64,000 nucleotides of DNA from NCBI GenBank assembly GCA_035471785.1, contig DATIPQ010000005.1, positions 11,330-75,329 of the forward strand, given 5' to 3'. Position 1 is the stretch's first letter, and each line of letters opens with the position of its first letter. This document shows positions 34,303-44,620 of the stretch, one piece after another. A model generated the notes under the pieces. That model was given only the letters and a program-made list of their open reading frames with translations, had not been told where the DNA came from and did not search any database. The stretch comes from Acidobacteriota bacterium. Lineage in GTDB: Bacteria > Acidobacteriota > UBA6911 > RPQK01 > DATIPO01. The position numbers were made by a program, and so were the translations under genes.

Positions 34303-36933
34303 ATGGATATAAATCGAATGACCGAGAAAGCCCGCCAAGCCCTGATGGAGGCCCAGAGCGATGCCGCGCGCAGAGGCCATCAGCAGGTCGACGTCGAGCA
34401 TCTGCTGGCCACGCTGCTGGTGCAGCCCAAGGGATTGACGGCTGCCATCCTCAACAAGGCCGACGTCAACGTGGAAGGGCTGCAACAGCGCATCGAGGGG
34501 GATCTTGAGCGGCGTCCCTCGGTTTCGGGACCGGGGGCCGAGGCCGACAAAGTTTACATAACCGGACGCCTGAATACCTTGCTGGCCCAAGCCGAGTTGG
34601 AGGCCAAGGGCCTGAAAGACCAGTATGTCTCGGCCGAGCATCTGCTGCTGGCCATGCTCGACGACAAGGGCACGGCAGGCATGTTGCTGAAGGAATTCGG
34701 CGTGACCCGCGACCGCATGCTCAAGGCGTTGCGCGAAGTAAGGGGATCGCAGCGCATCACCTCCCAGAACCCTGAATCCACCTATCAAGCTCTGGAGCAG
34801 TACGGGCGCGACCTGACCCAGGATGCCCGGCGGGGCAAGATCGATCCCGTCATAGGACGCGACGAAGAGATCCGCCGCATCACCCAGGTCTTGTCGAGGC
34901 GCACCAAGAACAATCCGGTGCTGATCGGCGAGCCCGGCGTGGGCAAGACCGCCATCGCCGAGGGACTGGCCCAGCGCATCGTCAACGGCGACGTGCCCGA
35001 GGGACTCAAGAACAAGCGCATCGTCTCTCTCGACATGGGCGCCCTGATCGCCGGCGCCAAGTACCGCGGCGAGTTCGAGGAGCGTCTCAAGGCCGTGCTC
35101 AAAGAAGTGCAGGAAGCCGAAGGAGAGATCATCCTCTTCATCGACGAACTGCACACCGTGGTGGGCGCCGGACGCACCGAGGGATCGATGGACGCCGGCA
35201 ACCTGCTCAAGCCCATGCTGGCCCGCGGAGAACTGCACTGCATCGGCGCCACCACTCTGGACGAGTACCGCAAGCACGTGGAAAAAGACGCCGCGCTGGA
35301 ACGGCGTTTTCAGCCGGTGCTGGTCGATCAGCCTTCGGTGGAAGACACCATTTCCATCCTGCGCGGCCTCAAGGAGCGCTACGAAGTGCATCACGGCGTG
35401 CGCATCCAGGACGCAGCACTGGTGTCGGCCGCGGTGCTTTCCAACCGCTACATCTCCGACCGCTTTCTGCCCGACAAGGCCATCGATTTGATGGACGAAG
35501 CGGCCGCCAAGCTGCGCACCGAAATGGATTCCATGCCGGCTGAACTGGACGAGATCCGGCGCCGCGTCATGCAGCTTGAAATCGAGCGCGAGGCTCTCAA
35601 GAAAGAGAAGGACGAAGCCTCCCGCCAGCGCCTCGACAAGCTGGAGGAAGAACTGGCCAACGCCAAGGGTTCCTTCGACGCCCTGCAGGCTCAATGGCAG
35701 TCTGAAAAGGAGGCGGTTCAGAAGCTCCGCGACATCCGCGAAGAAATCGAGCGCACCCGCACCGAGATCGAGAAGGCGGAACGCGAATATGACCTCAACA
35801 AAGCCGCCGAGTTGCGCTACGGCCGCATGCAGGAGTTGGAGAAGCAGCTCAAGAAGCAAGAGGAAACGCTGCATCAAAAGCAATCCCAGAGCCGTCTGCT
35901 CAAAGAGGAAGTCTCGGAAGAGGACGTGGCCCAGGTGGTTTCCCGCTGGAGCGGCGTGCCGGTTTCCCGTCTGATGGAAGGGGAAACGGAAAAGCTGCTT
36001 CACCTGGAGGAAGAACTGCACAAGCGGGTGGTGGGGCAGGACGAAGCCGTCCATGCCGTGTCTCAAGCCGTCATCCGGGCCCGCTCGGGACTCAAGGACC
36101 CCGAACGGCCCATCGGCAGCTTCATCTTCCTGGGGCCCACCGGCGTGGGCAAGACCGAGCTGGCGCGGGCCCTGGCCCAGTTCCTCTTCGACGACGAGCG
36201 GGCCATGATCCGCATCGATATGTCGGAGTATCAGGAGAAGCACTCGGTGGCCCGCCTGGTGGGCGCGCCGCCCGGCTACGTGGGATTCGAGGAAGGTGGC
36301 CAGCTCACCGAGGCGGTGCGCCGCCGTCCTTACTCGGTGATCCTGTTCGACGAGATCGAAAAAGCCCACGTGGACGTCTTCAACAGCATGCTGCAGATCC
36401 TCGACGACGGGCGTCTGACCGACGGACACGGGCGCACGGTGAACTTCAAGAACACCATCGTCATCATGACCTCCAACATCGGCTCCACCCGCATCCTGGA
36501 GTTCCAGGGGGACTTCGAGAGCGAAGGCTATGAGCGCATGAAGACGGAGGTGTTGAGCGAGTTGCGGCGCAACTTCCGGCCCGAGTTCCTCAACCGGGTC
36601 GACGAAACCATCGTCTTCCATGCCCTCAGCCGCCAAGACCTCAAGGCCATCGTGACCATCCAACTGGGCTACCTGCAAAGGCGCCTGGAAGACCGCAAGA
36701 TCACCATCGAGCTGAGCGATGAGGCCGCGGGACATCTGGTGGACGTGGGTTACGATCCCCACTTCGGAGCCCGCCCCTTGAAACGGGCCATCCAGCGCGA
36801 GATCGAGAATCCGCTGGGCATGCTGCTGCTCAAGGGCGAGATCGCCGACGGCCAGCACGTCGAAGTCGACCTCAAGTCCGACGGCACCCTGGACTTCGTC
36901 CCCGTCATCCCGGCCGAGCCCGTCGAGGCTTAA
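34303..36933 (+). CDS. clpB: Chaperone ClpB (Hsp100 disaggregase)
   Basis: Two AAA+ modules ([20 protein letters not shown]), coiled-coil M-domain. Confidence 0.95.
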   Translation: MDINRMTEKARQALMEAQSDAARRGHQQVDVEHLLATLLVQPKGLTAAILNKADVNVEGLQQRIEGDLERRPSVSGPGAEADKVYITGRLNTLLAQAELEAKGLKDQYVSAEHLLLAMLDDKGTAGMLLKEFGVTRDRMLKALREVRGSQRITSQNPESTYQALEQYGRDLTQDARRGKIDPVIGRDEEIRRITQVLSRRTKNNPVLIGEPGVGKTAIAEGLAQRIVNGDVPEGLKNKRIVSLDMGALIAGAKYRGEFEERLKAVLKEVQEAEGEIILFIDELHTVVGAGRTEGSMDAGNLLKPMLARGELHCIGATTLDEYRKHVEKDAALERRFQPVLVDQPSVEDTISILRGLKERYEVHHGVRIQDAALVSAAVLSNRYISDRFLPDKAIDLMDEAAAKLRTEMDSMPAELDEIRRRVMQLEIEREALKKEKDEASRQRLDKLEEELANAKGSFDALQAQWQSEKEAVQKLRDIREEIERTRTEIEKAEREYDLNKAAELRYGRMQELEKQLKKQEETLHQKQSQSRLLKEEVSEEDVAQVVSRWSGVPVSRLMEGETEKLLHLEEELHKRVVGQDEAVHAVSQAVIRARSGLKDPERPIGSFIFLGPTGVGKTELARALAQFLFDDERAMIRIDMSEYQEKHSVARLVGAPPGYVGFEEGGQLTEAVRRRPYSVILFDEIEKAHVDVFNSMLQILDDGRLTDGHGRTVNFKNTIVIMTSNIGSTRILEFQGDFESEGYERMKTEVLSELRRNFRPEFLNRVDETIVFHALSRQDLKAIVTIQLGYLQRRLEDRKITIELSDEAAGHLVDVGYDPHFGARPLKRAIQREIENPLGMLLLKGEIADGQHVEVDLKSDGTLDFVPVIPAEPVEA

Positions 36934-37106
36934 GGCGAGATTTCATAGGGCGCGCTGACGAAGGGATGGCGGGCGGGATCGAAGTCCTTGCTGTTGCGGG
37001 TGATCGGATAAGGGCGCGCCGCGAAATATGGTGTGTCGCTTCTCTGACCCCGTTGAAATGGTCAATCAGAACGAGAGAATGATATTGGTCGTGACTGCCG
37101 CTCTTG

Positions 37107-37858
37107 TCAAGGCCGACGGGCCCAGCGGCGGGAGAGCCAGAGGATCAGGGTTGTCTGGATGAGGAGCGAGATAGCGAAGTAGAGCCAGGCGGTCGTGGGG
37201 GTCGCGCCGGAGGCTTGGGCGTCGGCAAGGGTCCAGAGCATTTTGGCAGCCCAGAAGTTGGGGAGGATGCCGAAAGCGAGTTGCAGGGGCGGGTCAACGA
37301 AGTAGGCCAGCACAAGCGGCATCTGGACGCCGCTAAGAGCCTTGTAGAGGGCGAATCCCTGCACTTTGTCCTGGGCCCAGGCGGCCAGCGCCAGGGCCAT
37401 CAGCGGACCGAAGAGGGCGGCGGCCAGGCTGCAAGCCAGCAGTTGCGTCCAGGAGAGGCCCGCCAGCCCCAGCCAACGCACCAGCAGCGCTCCCACCAGG
37501 GTGCTGAGCAAGACCGTGTATCCCAAACGGCCCAGCAGGTAGGTGGCGGGATGCAGAGGCGTGACGCTGAGGGCTTCGCGGGTGTGCTGGTCGCGCTCCT
37601 CCAGCAGCAGAAATCCCAGCACGAAGCCGTAGCTGCCGGGAAGGATTCCCAGCACCATGACGGCGATGAGGGGTTCGTAGTCCCCCAGCTCGACCTGATA
37701 GACCTCGGCCAGCAGTCCGGCCAGCATCGGCAGCCCCCAGACCAGCACCAGAAAGAGGGCCAGGGGAAAGACCACCATCCAGCGCAGCAGGCTGTCGCGC
37801 AGCACCAGGCGGCGGTCGATCCCCAGCAGGACGAAGAGGCGCTTGACTTCAGACATTC
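37107..37858 (-). CDS. ABC-2 type transporter permease (second permease; start MSEVKRL overlaps upstream stop by 8 nt)
   Basis: Hydrophobic 6-TM-like profile; operon position. Confidence 0.6.
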
Positions 37859-38613
37859 CAGCCCCCCCGCTGGACGATCCAGCGCCGGTAGGCCTTGCCG
37901 CACAGCCAGGCCAATAGCAGCGCCCAGCCGGCCAGGATGGCGGTGTCGGCCAGAGTCCAGATCCAGGCGCGGCGGGCAAACGCTCCCTGCAGCAAACCCA
38001 TTCCCGCCGCTACCGGATGCCAGGCGGTTACCCAGTAAGGGGCCATCCCGAAGGCGGCCGGGAAGGGAAGAACCAGCCCGGTCGCCCACAGCATGGAAGG
38101 AAAGAGGAAGGTATTGACCGAGTCATGGCGGGCGGCCGCCAGGAAGCCCAGCAAAGTCATGATGATCCCCATCCCCATCACGCCCGCGAAAAGAGCGGCC
38201 GCGTCAAAAGAGACCCGAAGTCCCAGCAACACCAGCAAGAGGGATTCGCCGGCCACGATTCCCGTCAGGACCAGCGCCTTGGATCCCAGGTAGAAGCCGA
38301 AGGGCAGGGGCGTTACCGCCAGGGCCGCCAGCGAACCCTCTTCCTTTTCGAGAATCAGCAGCGCGGCCAGGAAGAAGAACGTCCCCATGAAGAGCTCTCC
38401 GAAGATGAGCAGCGGCGCCATGGGGATGCGCATTTCCTGGGGAATCCACTGCAGGACGGCCAGCATCACCGCCACGACCAGGGCCGAAGCGACGATGAAT
38501 CCCTGCCTGACCTGGATGCGGAGGTCACGCCGCAATGTGACCAGCAGAAGGCGCAGCCGAGGCCAATCCCATGGTGTCTGCAACTGCACGTCCGCCGTTG
38601 AACTTGGGCGCAT
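37849..38613 (-). CDS. ABC-2 type transporter permease
   Basis: Hydrophobic multi-TM profile directly downstream of ABC ATPase. Confidence 0.6.
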   Translation of the reverse strand: MRPSSTADVQLQTPWDWPRLRLLLVTLRRDLRIQVRQGFIVASALVVAVMLAVLQWIPQEMRIPMAPLLIFGELFMGTFFFLAALLILEKEEGSLAALAVTPLPFGFYLGSKALVLTGIVAGESLLLVLLGLRVSFDAAALFAGVMGMGIIMTLLGFLAAARHDSVNTFLFPSMLWATGLVLPFPAAFGMAPYWVTAWHPVAAGMGLLQGAFARRAWIWTLADTAILAGWALLLAWLCGKAYRRWIVQRGGWNV

Positions 38614-38625
38614 TGAATCCGTCTC

Positions 38626-39486
38626 CTAGTGCAGGTATTCGCCGGTGACCTCGATGAAGACGTCCTCCAGGGTCGCCTCGCGCGAATGCATGGTGAGCAC
38701 GCGTCCCGAACGCAACAAGGCCAGGAACTCGGGATTGTCCCCCAGCCCCTCAAGGCTGAAGGCGGCCTCTTCGACTTCCCCCTCGGCCTCGTAACGGAGG
38801 TTGACTTCCCTCTTCCCGTGCCTCAGCTTCAAATCTCCGGGGACGCCCACGGTTGAAATACGCCCCTCCACCAGGAAAGCGGCCCGGTGGCAGAGCGCGT
38901 CCACCAGGTGCATGTCGTGGCTGGTGAGAAAGACGGTGCAGCCGTTCTCGTTTTCCTGCCTGATCAAGTCCCGCACCAGGCGGGCGTTCTTGGGGTCGAG
39001 TCCGGCTGTGGGCTCGTCCAGAAAGAGGACGTCGGGCCTGTGAAGCAGGGAGCGGGCCAGGCTGAGCCGGTTCTTCATGCCCTTGGAATACTCCTCCACC
39101 CGCTTCTGGCCTTCGCCTCCCAGCCCCACCCACTCCAATACCTGCTGAGGCGAGCGCCGCTCTCCTTCGAAGAGCGCTCCGTAGTAGCTCAAATTCTCCA
39201 GGGCCGTGAGCTTCAAGAAATGGGTTGGATACTCGAAGGAAATCCCGACTCTCTGGTAGAGTCCTCGCCCCCACTTGCCGATGCCTTGTCCCAGGACCGT
39301 GGCCTGCCCCTCGAATTCCGGCAGCAATCCGGTCAGGATTTTCTGGGTGGTCGACTTGCCCGACCCGCTGGGCCCCAGGAAGCCGAAGATCTCGCCTTCC
39401 CGTATCTCGAAGTCAAAACCCTTCAGCGCCTCCTCGGCCGCGCGGGGATAGCGGAATCTCAAGCCGCTGACTCCAATCACGCTCAT
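38626..39486 (-). CDS. ABC transporter ATP-binding protein
   Basis: Walker A GPSGSGKST, signature and Walker B (LFLDEPTAGLD). Confidence 0.85.
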   Translation of the reverse strand: MSVIGVSGLRFRYPRAAEEALKGFDFEIREGEIFGFLGPSGSGKSTTQKILTGLLPEFEGQATVLGQGIGKWGRGLYQRVGISFEYPTHFLKLTALENLSYYGALFEGERRSPQQVLEWVGLGGEGQKRVEEYSKGMKNRLSLARSLLHRPDVLFLDEPTAGLDPKNARLVRDLIRQENENGCTVFLTSHDMHLVDALCHRAAFLVEGRISTVGVPGDLKLRHGKREVNLRYEAEGEVEEAAFSLEGLGDNPEFLALLRSGRVLTMHSREATLEDVFIEVTGEYLH

Positions 39487-39618
39487 CGCCAGTTTCCTTT
39501 CTCCCGCCCAAGTCTACGCTCCCGCGGCTCCAGCATTCACTGCCGCTAGTATTCTTTCAAGCGGGCACATGCCGCATCAGTAGCTCCACTGGGAAGCAAT
39601 CTGTTAAGTTGAGCGGGT

Positions 39619-40050
39619 ATGGCGTGGACGCAAAGACAAGTACGGCTCAAGCCCCGTCGACGCGGGTTTCACCTGATTACGCGGGAGGTCGTGGAGCAGT
39701 TGCCGGAGCTGGAGGAGTACAGCGTGGGGCTGCTTCATGTGTTCATCCTCCACACCTCGGCCTCGCTCTCCCTCAACGAAAACGCCTCGCCCGACGTGCG
39801 CGGGGACATGGAGCGCCATTTCGACCGCATGGTCCCGGAAAATCAGCCATACTATGAACACACCTTGGAAGGGCCGGACGACATGCCGGCCCACATCAAG
39901 GCCTCCTTGCTGGGCAGCGGGCTGACGCTTCCCATCAGCGACGGCAAGTTGAAGCTGGGCACCTGGCAGGGTCTTTACTTGTGTGAGCACCGCAACAACG
40001 GCGGCGCCCGCGAGCTCGTCCTCACCCTGTGGGGCGAGAAGCGTAGTTGA
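39619..40050 (+). CDS. yjbQ: YjbQ/UPF0047-family protein (secondary thiamine-phosphate synthase-like)
   Basis: …ITREVVEQL…GLLHVFILHTSASLSLNENASPDVRGDM…. Confidence 0.8.
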   Translation: MAWTQRQVRLKPRRRGFHLITREVVEQLPELEEYSVGLLHVFILHTSASLSLNENASPDVRGDMERHFDRMVPENQPYYEHTLEGPDDMPAHIKASLLGSGLTLPISDGKLKLGTWQGLYLCEHRNNGGARELVLTLWGEKRS

Positions 40051-40074
40051 ACAGGGCTTCGATTCGGATTTGCC

Positions 40075-41184
40075 ATGAAATGGTCTATCAAGCTCGGCCG
40101 CCTGGCCGGGATCGACGTTTATATGCACCTCACCTTCGTCCTCATTCTGGGGTGGGTGGGATGGATTTACTACAACCAAACCGGGACTCTGGAGGGGGTT
40201 CTCAACGGTCTGGTCCTCATCCTGGCTGTCTTCGGAATCGTGGTTTTGCACGAGCTGGGGCACGCCTTGACGGCTCGCCGCTATGGCATCGAAACGCGCG
40301 ACATCACCCTGCTTCCCATCGGGGGCGTGGCCCGTTTGGAGAAAATGCCCGAAGACCCGCGCCAGGAACTCGTAGTGGCCTTGGCCGGACCCGCCGTCAA
40401 CGTGGTGCTGGCCGTCATCTTCATCGCCTCCGTGGTGGGATTGTGGGGCACGGGCCGGCTGCAGGACGTGGAGATGGTCACCGGTTCCTTCCTGACCCAG
40501 ATGGCGGCCATCAACGTCATGCTGGCCGCCTTCAACATGCTTCCAGCCTTCCCCATGGACGGCGGGCGCGTCCTGCGGGCCCTGCTGGCCTTGCGCATGG
40601 ACTATGTCAAGGCCACCCAGGTAGCGGCTTCCATCGGCCAGGGCATGGCGCTGCTCTTCGGCTTCCTGGGGCTTCTTTGGAATCCCTTCCTGATCTTCAT
40701 CGCCCTCTTCGTCTGGCTGGGAGCCAGCGAGGAGTCGGGAATGGTACAGATCAAGTCCGCCATGTCGGGGCTGCCCATTTCCCACGCCATGATCACCGAG
40801 TTCCGCACTCTCGAGGCCAGCGACTCGCTGCGCCAGGGAGTCGATCATCTGCTGGCGGGATTCCAGCACGATTTTCCGGTGGTGGACCGCGACGGCGAAC
40901 TGATCGGCGTGCTGACCCGCTCCGACCTCATCAGCGCCTTGCGCAACCAGGGCGAGGAAACTCGGGTCCACGACGTCATGCAAACCGATTTTCAGGTGGC
41001 CGAGCCCAACGAGATGATGGAAACCGTCTTCAACCGCCTGCGCCAATGCACTTGCCGCTCCCTGCCCATCCTCAAGGACGGACGCCTGGTCGGCATGGTG
41101 ACCATGGACAACCTGGGCGAGTTCATGTCCATCCAAGGGGCCGCCAAGATCGTGGAAAGCGATTCCATGCCTTCAAGCTCATGA
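40075..41184 (+). CDS. Site-2 protease (M50) family metalloprotease with tandem CBS domains
   Basis: HELGHAL zinc motif in TM context; C-terminal CBS pair. Confidence 0.8.
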   Translation: MKWSIKLGRLAGIDVYMHLTFVLILGWVGWIYYNQTGTLEGVLNGLVLILAVFGIVVLHELGHALTARRYGIETRDITLLPIGGVARLEKMPEDPRQELVVALAGPAVNVVLAVIFIASVVGLWGTGRLQDVEMVTGSFLTQMAAINVMLAAFNMLPAFPMDGGRVLRALLALRMDYVKATQVAASIGQGMALLFGFLGLLWNPFLIFIALFVWLGASEESGMVQIKSAMSGLPISHAMITEFRTLEASDSLRQGVDHLLAGFQHDFPVVDRDGELIGVLTRSDLISALRNQGEETRVHDVMQTDFQVAEPNEMMETVFNRLRQCTCRSLPILKDGRLVGMVTMDNLGEFMSIQGAAKIVESDSMPSSS

Positions 41185-41249
41185 GCTCTTCCGGCGCCTG
41201 CCCGTTGTCCAGGAACCGAGCCGGCCGCGCCTTCCCTGAACCTTGAGCT

Positions 41250-42041
41250 CTAGAGTTCGATTTGCCGAAAGCGCCCTTCCATTTCCTGCAGGCGCTTGAG
41301 CAGATCGCTGAGGAGAGAGGCTGCCTCAATGGGCTTGGAAGACGTGAGAGCGCGGCGCGCTTGGGACAGTCCGTCCTCAATCGGAGCCGGGTCGAAGCCG
41401 TGGTGGGTGAGCATGAACCTGAGGCCGTGCCCCTTCCGGAAAGCGCCGTCGGCTTGGGAAAGCAGGGCCAGGGCTTGTTCGCTTTGACGCTCTTCAGCGG
41501 CCTGCCGCGAGCGCTCCACCAGGTCGGCCAAATGACGGATGACGTCGAGACGAGGCTGGCTGCAATGGACGCGCAGTGAAGCGAGCCGGTCAGCCGCTTG
41601 GCCGTCGATGTAGGGACGCAGGTAGAAGCGTCCGTGCCCGGCCGTCCACCGCGCCCGGTAGCTCCCGTCTTCCCGCCGCTCCATGGGGAGGCGGCGCCGG
41701 GGCATTCTGCTGTCCAGAATCTGACGGACTTTGGGGTCATCGAGAGAAGGCTGATAGGCTTGCGCCCGTCCCTCCAGCACGTCTTTCATGTGGGCCATCT
41801 GCCTGTCATGCGGCCAGCGATCGGGTTCCGGCGCCAACTCGGGATGGTGGAAGTAATGAAACTCCACGATTTCTAATTCCACAGTGCTTGTGTCGTCCCG
41901 GCCTACAACCAAGACCGCCTCGACCTGCTCTCCGGCCTTGGCGAAGGCAGGCACCGAGAAGGCTTCGATTTCCTGGCCCCTGGCCTGAGACGCCCAGCCC
42001 GACGCCGCAACGACAACGAGGAAGATCCTGAATACTCTCAT
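41250..42041 (-). CDS. Hypothetical secreted protein (signal peptide MRVFRIFLVVVAASGWASQA; no known domain recognised)
   Basis: Clean signal peptide; opposite-strand ORFs are P/R-rich shadows. Confidence 0.5.
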   Translation of the reverse strand: MRVFRIFLVVVAASGWASQARGQEIEAFSVPAFAKAGEQVEAVLVVGRDDTSTVELEIVEFHYFHHPELAPEPDRWPHDRQMAHMKDVLEGRAQAYQPSLDDPKVRQILDSRMPRRRLPMERREDGSYRARWTAGHGRFYLRPYIDGQAADRLASLRVHCSQPRLDVIRHLADLVERSRQAAEERQSEQALALLSQADGAFRKGHGLRFMLTHHGFDPAPIEDGLSQARRALTSSKPIEAASLLSDLLKRLQEMEGRFRQIEL

Positions 42042-42097
42042 GCCCGCTTGGACGGCTCCAGCGCCGTGAAATCTTCCCTCTTCCTGGCCGTCGCTGA

Positions 42098-42319
42098 TGC
42101 CGGCATCTTGACAGCAGATCTCACGTTCAGATCGTGCTGCCCGGACAGCGTCATCTCGAGATTTTTCAGGGTTTGCTGGAGGATGCCGGAGTCGGCGGCA
42201 ACCTCTGTACCGACGCTCATCTCGCTTCCCTGGCCATCGAGCACCAGTGCGAGCTGCATTCCAATAACGCCCACTTCTCCCGCTTCAGAGGCTTACGCTG
42301 GAATAATCCGTTGGGCTGA
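42098..42319 (+). pseudogene. vapC: VapC (PIN-domain) toxin C-terminal remnant, ~70 codons: …GNLCTDAHLASLAIEHQCELHSNNAHFSRFRGLRWNNPLG
   Basis: Canonical VapC C-terminal motif (TDAHLA-LAIEH…L-S-D-HFSRF-GLRW-NPL); frame closed upstream by TGA at 42095-97; N-terminal half and vapB absent. Confidence 0.6.
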
Positions 42320-42365
42320 TTGGGGCGGTTGGCCCGTTCGAACCTCGCCAATGGCAAGCCGCACT

Positions 42366-43478
42366 TCACTGGTTTCGCTTTTGGAAGCGCCAGGTGCTGA
42401 GGGCGATGGTGGCGGCGGCCATCAGCGTCAGGACCAGGCATTGCGGCCACAGGATTTCCAGTCCGGTGCCCTTGAGAAAGACGCCCCGCACCAGCTCGAG
42501 AAAATAGCGCATGGGATTGGCCAGGGTGATCCACTGGACTGGTTCGGGCATGTTGCGGATGGGAAAGGCGAATCCGCTCAGTAGAAACGAGGGCAGGAAG
42601 AAGAAAAACGATCCCATCACGGCCTGCTGCTGGGTATTGGAAACCGTCGAGATGAGAAGTCCCACTCCCAGGGTGGTAGGGATGAAGAGGGCCGATCCCA
42701 GCAGCAGCATGCTCCACGATCCTGCCAGCGGGATGTCGAACACCAGCAGGGCCGTCAGCGTAACCAGGGCCATCTCGGCCAACCCCACCACGGCGAAAGG
42801 CAGCGTCTTGCCCAGCATCAGTTCGAGGCGGCTGATGGGGGTCACCATCAACTGCTCCAGGGTGCCGATTTCCTTTTCCCTCACCACGGCCATCGAAGTG
42901 AGAAGGATGGTCACCAGTCCGATGATGTTGACCACCACTCCGGGCACGAAGTAGTCCTGGCTGCGCAGGTCGGGATTGAACCAGACGCGGCTGCGCAGCT
43001 CCACCCGCTGCAGGGTGGTCGCCTCGGTGGGCCGAAGCCGGGCGCCGGCCTGGTTGAGCGCGCGGGTCAGATAGCCGGAGACGATGGAGGCGGTGTTGGA
43101 GTCCGATCCGTCAACCAGCACCTGCACGGCTCCCGGCCTGCCGGAGATGACGTCGCGGCCGAAGCCGGGCATCACATGAACCGCGGCGGTCACGCTGCCC
43201 CGTTCCAGGAGCGATTCCATCTGGCGCTCGTTTGCGGGCTGTCGGCTGATGCGGAAGTAGCGGGAGCCCTGCAAGGCTCCGGCCAGTTCCCGCGATTGGG
43301 CAGTTCCGTCCCGGTCCAGCCAGGCCAGACGGCTGAGTCCCACGTCGAGGTTGACGGCGTAGCCGAAGATGATGAGTTGAAGCAGCGGCGGCCCGATCAG
43401 CATGGCCCGCATCTTGGCGTCCCGGAAGGTGACCAGTATCTCCTTGAGGATGATGTGGCGGATCCGTCCCAGGTTCAT
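42366..43478 (-). CDS. ABC-2 type exporter permease (YbhR/YhhJ-like); start at MNLGRIR
   Basis: N-terminal cytoplasmic segment + large periplasmic loop + 5 C-terminal TMs. Confidence 0.75.
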   Translation of the reverse strand: MNLGRIRHIILKEILVTFRDAKMRAMLIGPPLLQLIIFGYAVNLDVGLSRLAWLDRDGTAQSRELAGALQGSRYFRISRQPANERQMESLLERGSVTAAVHVMPGFGRDVISGRPGAVQVLVDGSDSNTASIVSGYLTRALNQAGARLRPTEATTLQRVELRSRVWFNPDLRSQDYFVPGVVVNIIGLVTILLTSMAVVREKEIGTLEQLMVTPISRLELMLGKTLPFAVVGLAEMALVTLTALLVFDIPLAGSWSMLLLGSALFIPTTLGVGLLISTVSNTQQQAVMGSFFFFLPSFLLSGFAFPIRNMPEPVQWITLANPMRYFLELVRGVFLKGTGLEILWPQCLVLTLMAAATIALSTWRFQKRNQ

Positions 43479-44620
43479 GTGACCGCCTTGCGCGAGAGGC
43501 TGCGGGTGGCCGCCAAGAAGACGAGCAAGCCGAAGATCGTCAGCAGGACGAATTCCCAGGCCAGCACCTGCAGTCCTGATGCCTTGAGGAAGATCCCCCG
43601 CAGGATGGAGACGAAGTAGCGGGCCGGCACCAGGTGGGTAAAGGCTTGAATGGGCCCGGGCATGTTGTCGATGGCGAAGACGAATCCCGACAGCAGGAAG
43701 GCAGGAAGGAAGGAACTCATCATGCCCAACTGGAAGGCCAGAAGCTGAGAGTCGGCGGCGGCCGAGATGAGGATTCCCCAGCACAAGGCTCCGAAGAGAT
43801 AGAGGGCGCATCCGGCCGCCAGCAGCAGCAGGCTGCCGCGCAGCGGCACCTGGAAGACGGCTACCCCCATGACGACGGCGATGAGGGCGTCGATGATGCC
43901 CAGGGCGAAGTAAGCGGCCATCTTGCCCAGGATGATCTCGCCGGGTCGGACCGGTGTGGAGAGGAGTTGCTCCAGGGTGCCGCTCTCCTGCTCGCGTGCG
44001 ATGGTCAACGAGGTGAGCAGGGCTGCGATCAGCATCAGGATGACGGCCACCAGGCCCGGTACGACGTAGTTCTTCGATTCCAGTTCGGCGTTGTACCAAA
44101 TGCGCTGGCGCAGCTCCAGGGGAGGTCTCGGCTTGCCTTCCACCCAGGCGCCGGATGGGGATAAATCGGTGCGCCTTGAGAAGTCGGCGACGACGTTCTC
44201 GGCGTAGCCCAGTCCGATGGAGGCAGTGTTGGAGTCGGAGCCGTCGAGCAGGAACTGGACGGCCGGGCGCAGACCTCGCTGCAGGTCTCTTTGAAAGCCC
44301 CGCTGGATGGCCAGTCCTCCCAGGGCGCGTCCCCGGTTGATGAAGGCTTCCAACTGGGCATAGTCGTGGGCTTCTCCCAAGATCTCGAAATAGCGCGAAC
44401 CCTGGAAGAGGGAAACAAGCTCACGCGAAGCCGGCGTACGGTCCTGATCGAGCACCAGGATGGGGAGACGGTCGACGTCGAGCGTGAGGGCCCAGCCGAA
44501 GAGCAGCAGCATGAGGGCGGGAAGGGCCAGGGCCATGAGCAGGCTGCGCTTGTCGCGCAGGATGTGCCAGGCCTCCTTGCGGGCCATGGCCCGCACGCGC
44601 CGCCAGCGGAGGTCTTTCAT
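43475..44620 (-). CDS. ABC-2 type exporter permease (YbhS-like)
   Basis: Paralogue of preceding gene, same architecture. Confidence 0.75.
   Translation of the reverse strand: MKDLRWRRVRAMARKEAWHILRDKRSLLMALALPALMLLLFGWALTLDVDRLPILVLDQDRTPASRELVSLFQGSRYFEILGEAHDYAQLEAFINRGRALGGLAIQRGFQRDLQRGLRPAVQFLLDGSDSNTASIGLGYAENVVADFSRRTDLSPSGAWVEGKPRPPLELRQRIWYNAELESKNYVVPGLVAVILMLIAALLTSLTIAREQESGTLEQLLSTPVRPGEIILGKMAAYFALGIIDALIAVVMGVAVFQVPLRGSLLLLAAGCALYLFGALCWGILISAAADSQLLAFQLGMMSSFLPAFLLSGFVFAIDNMPGPIQAFTHLVPARYFVSILRGIFLKASGLQVLAWEFVLLTIFGLLVFLAATRSLSRKAVT

Noticed and set aside
42038-42274. 78-aa minus-strand ORF with an ATGA overlap to the secreted hypothetical gene.
   Set aside because: It lies exactly antisense to a strongly conserved VapC C-terminal motif on the plus strand. 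Its own sequence is featureless, so it is most likely a shadow ORF.
42290-42366. tRNA-like GGTTGGCCCGTTCGAACC segment next to the VapC remnant (possible att site).
   Set aside because: I could not form a consistent T-arm/acceptor-stem pairing on either strand. There is no CCA-proximal acceptor complement.
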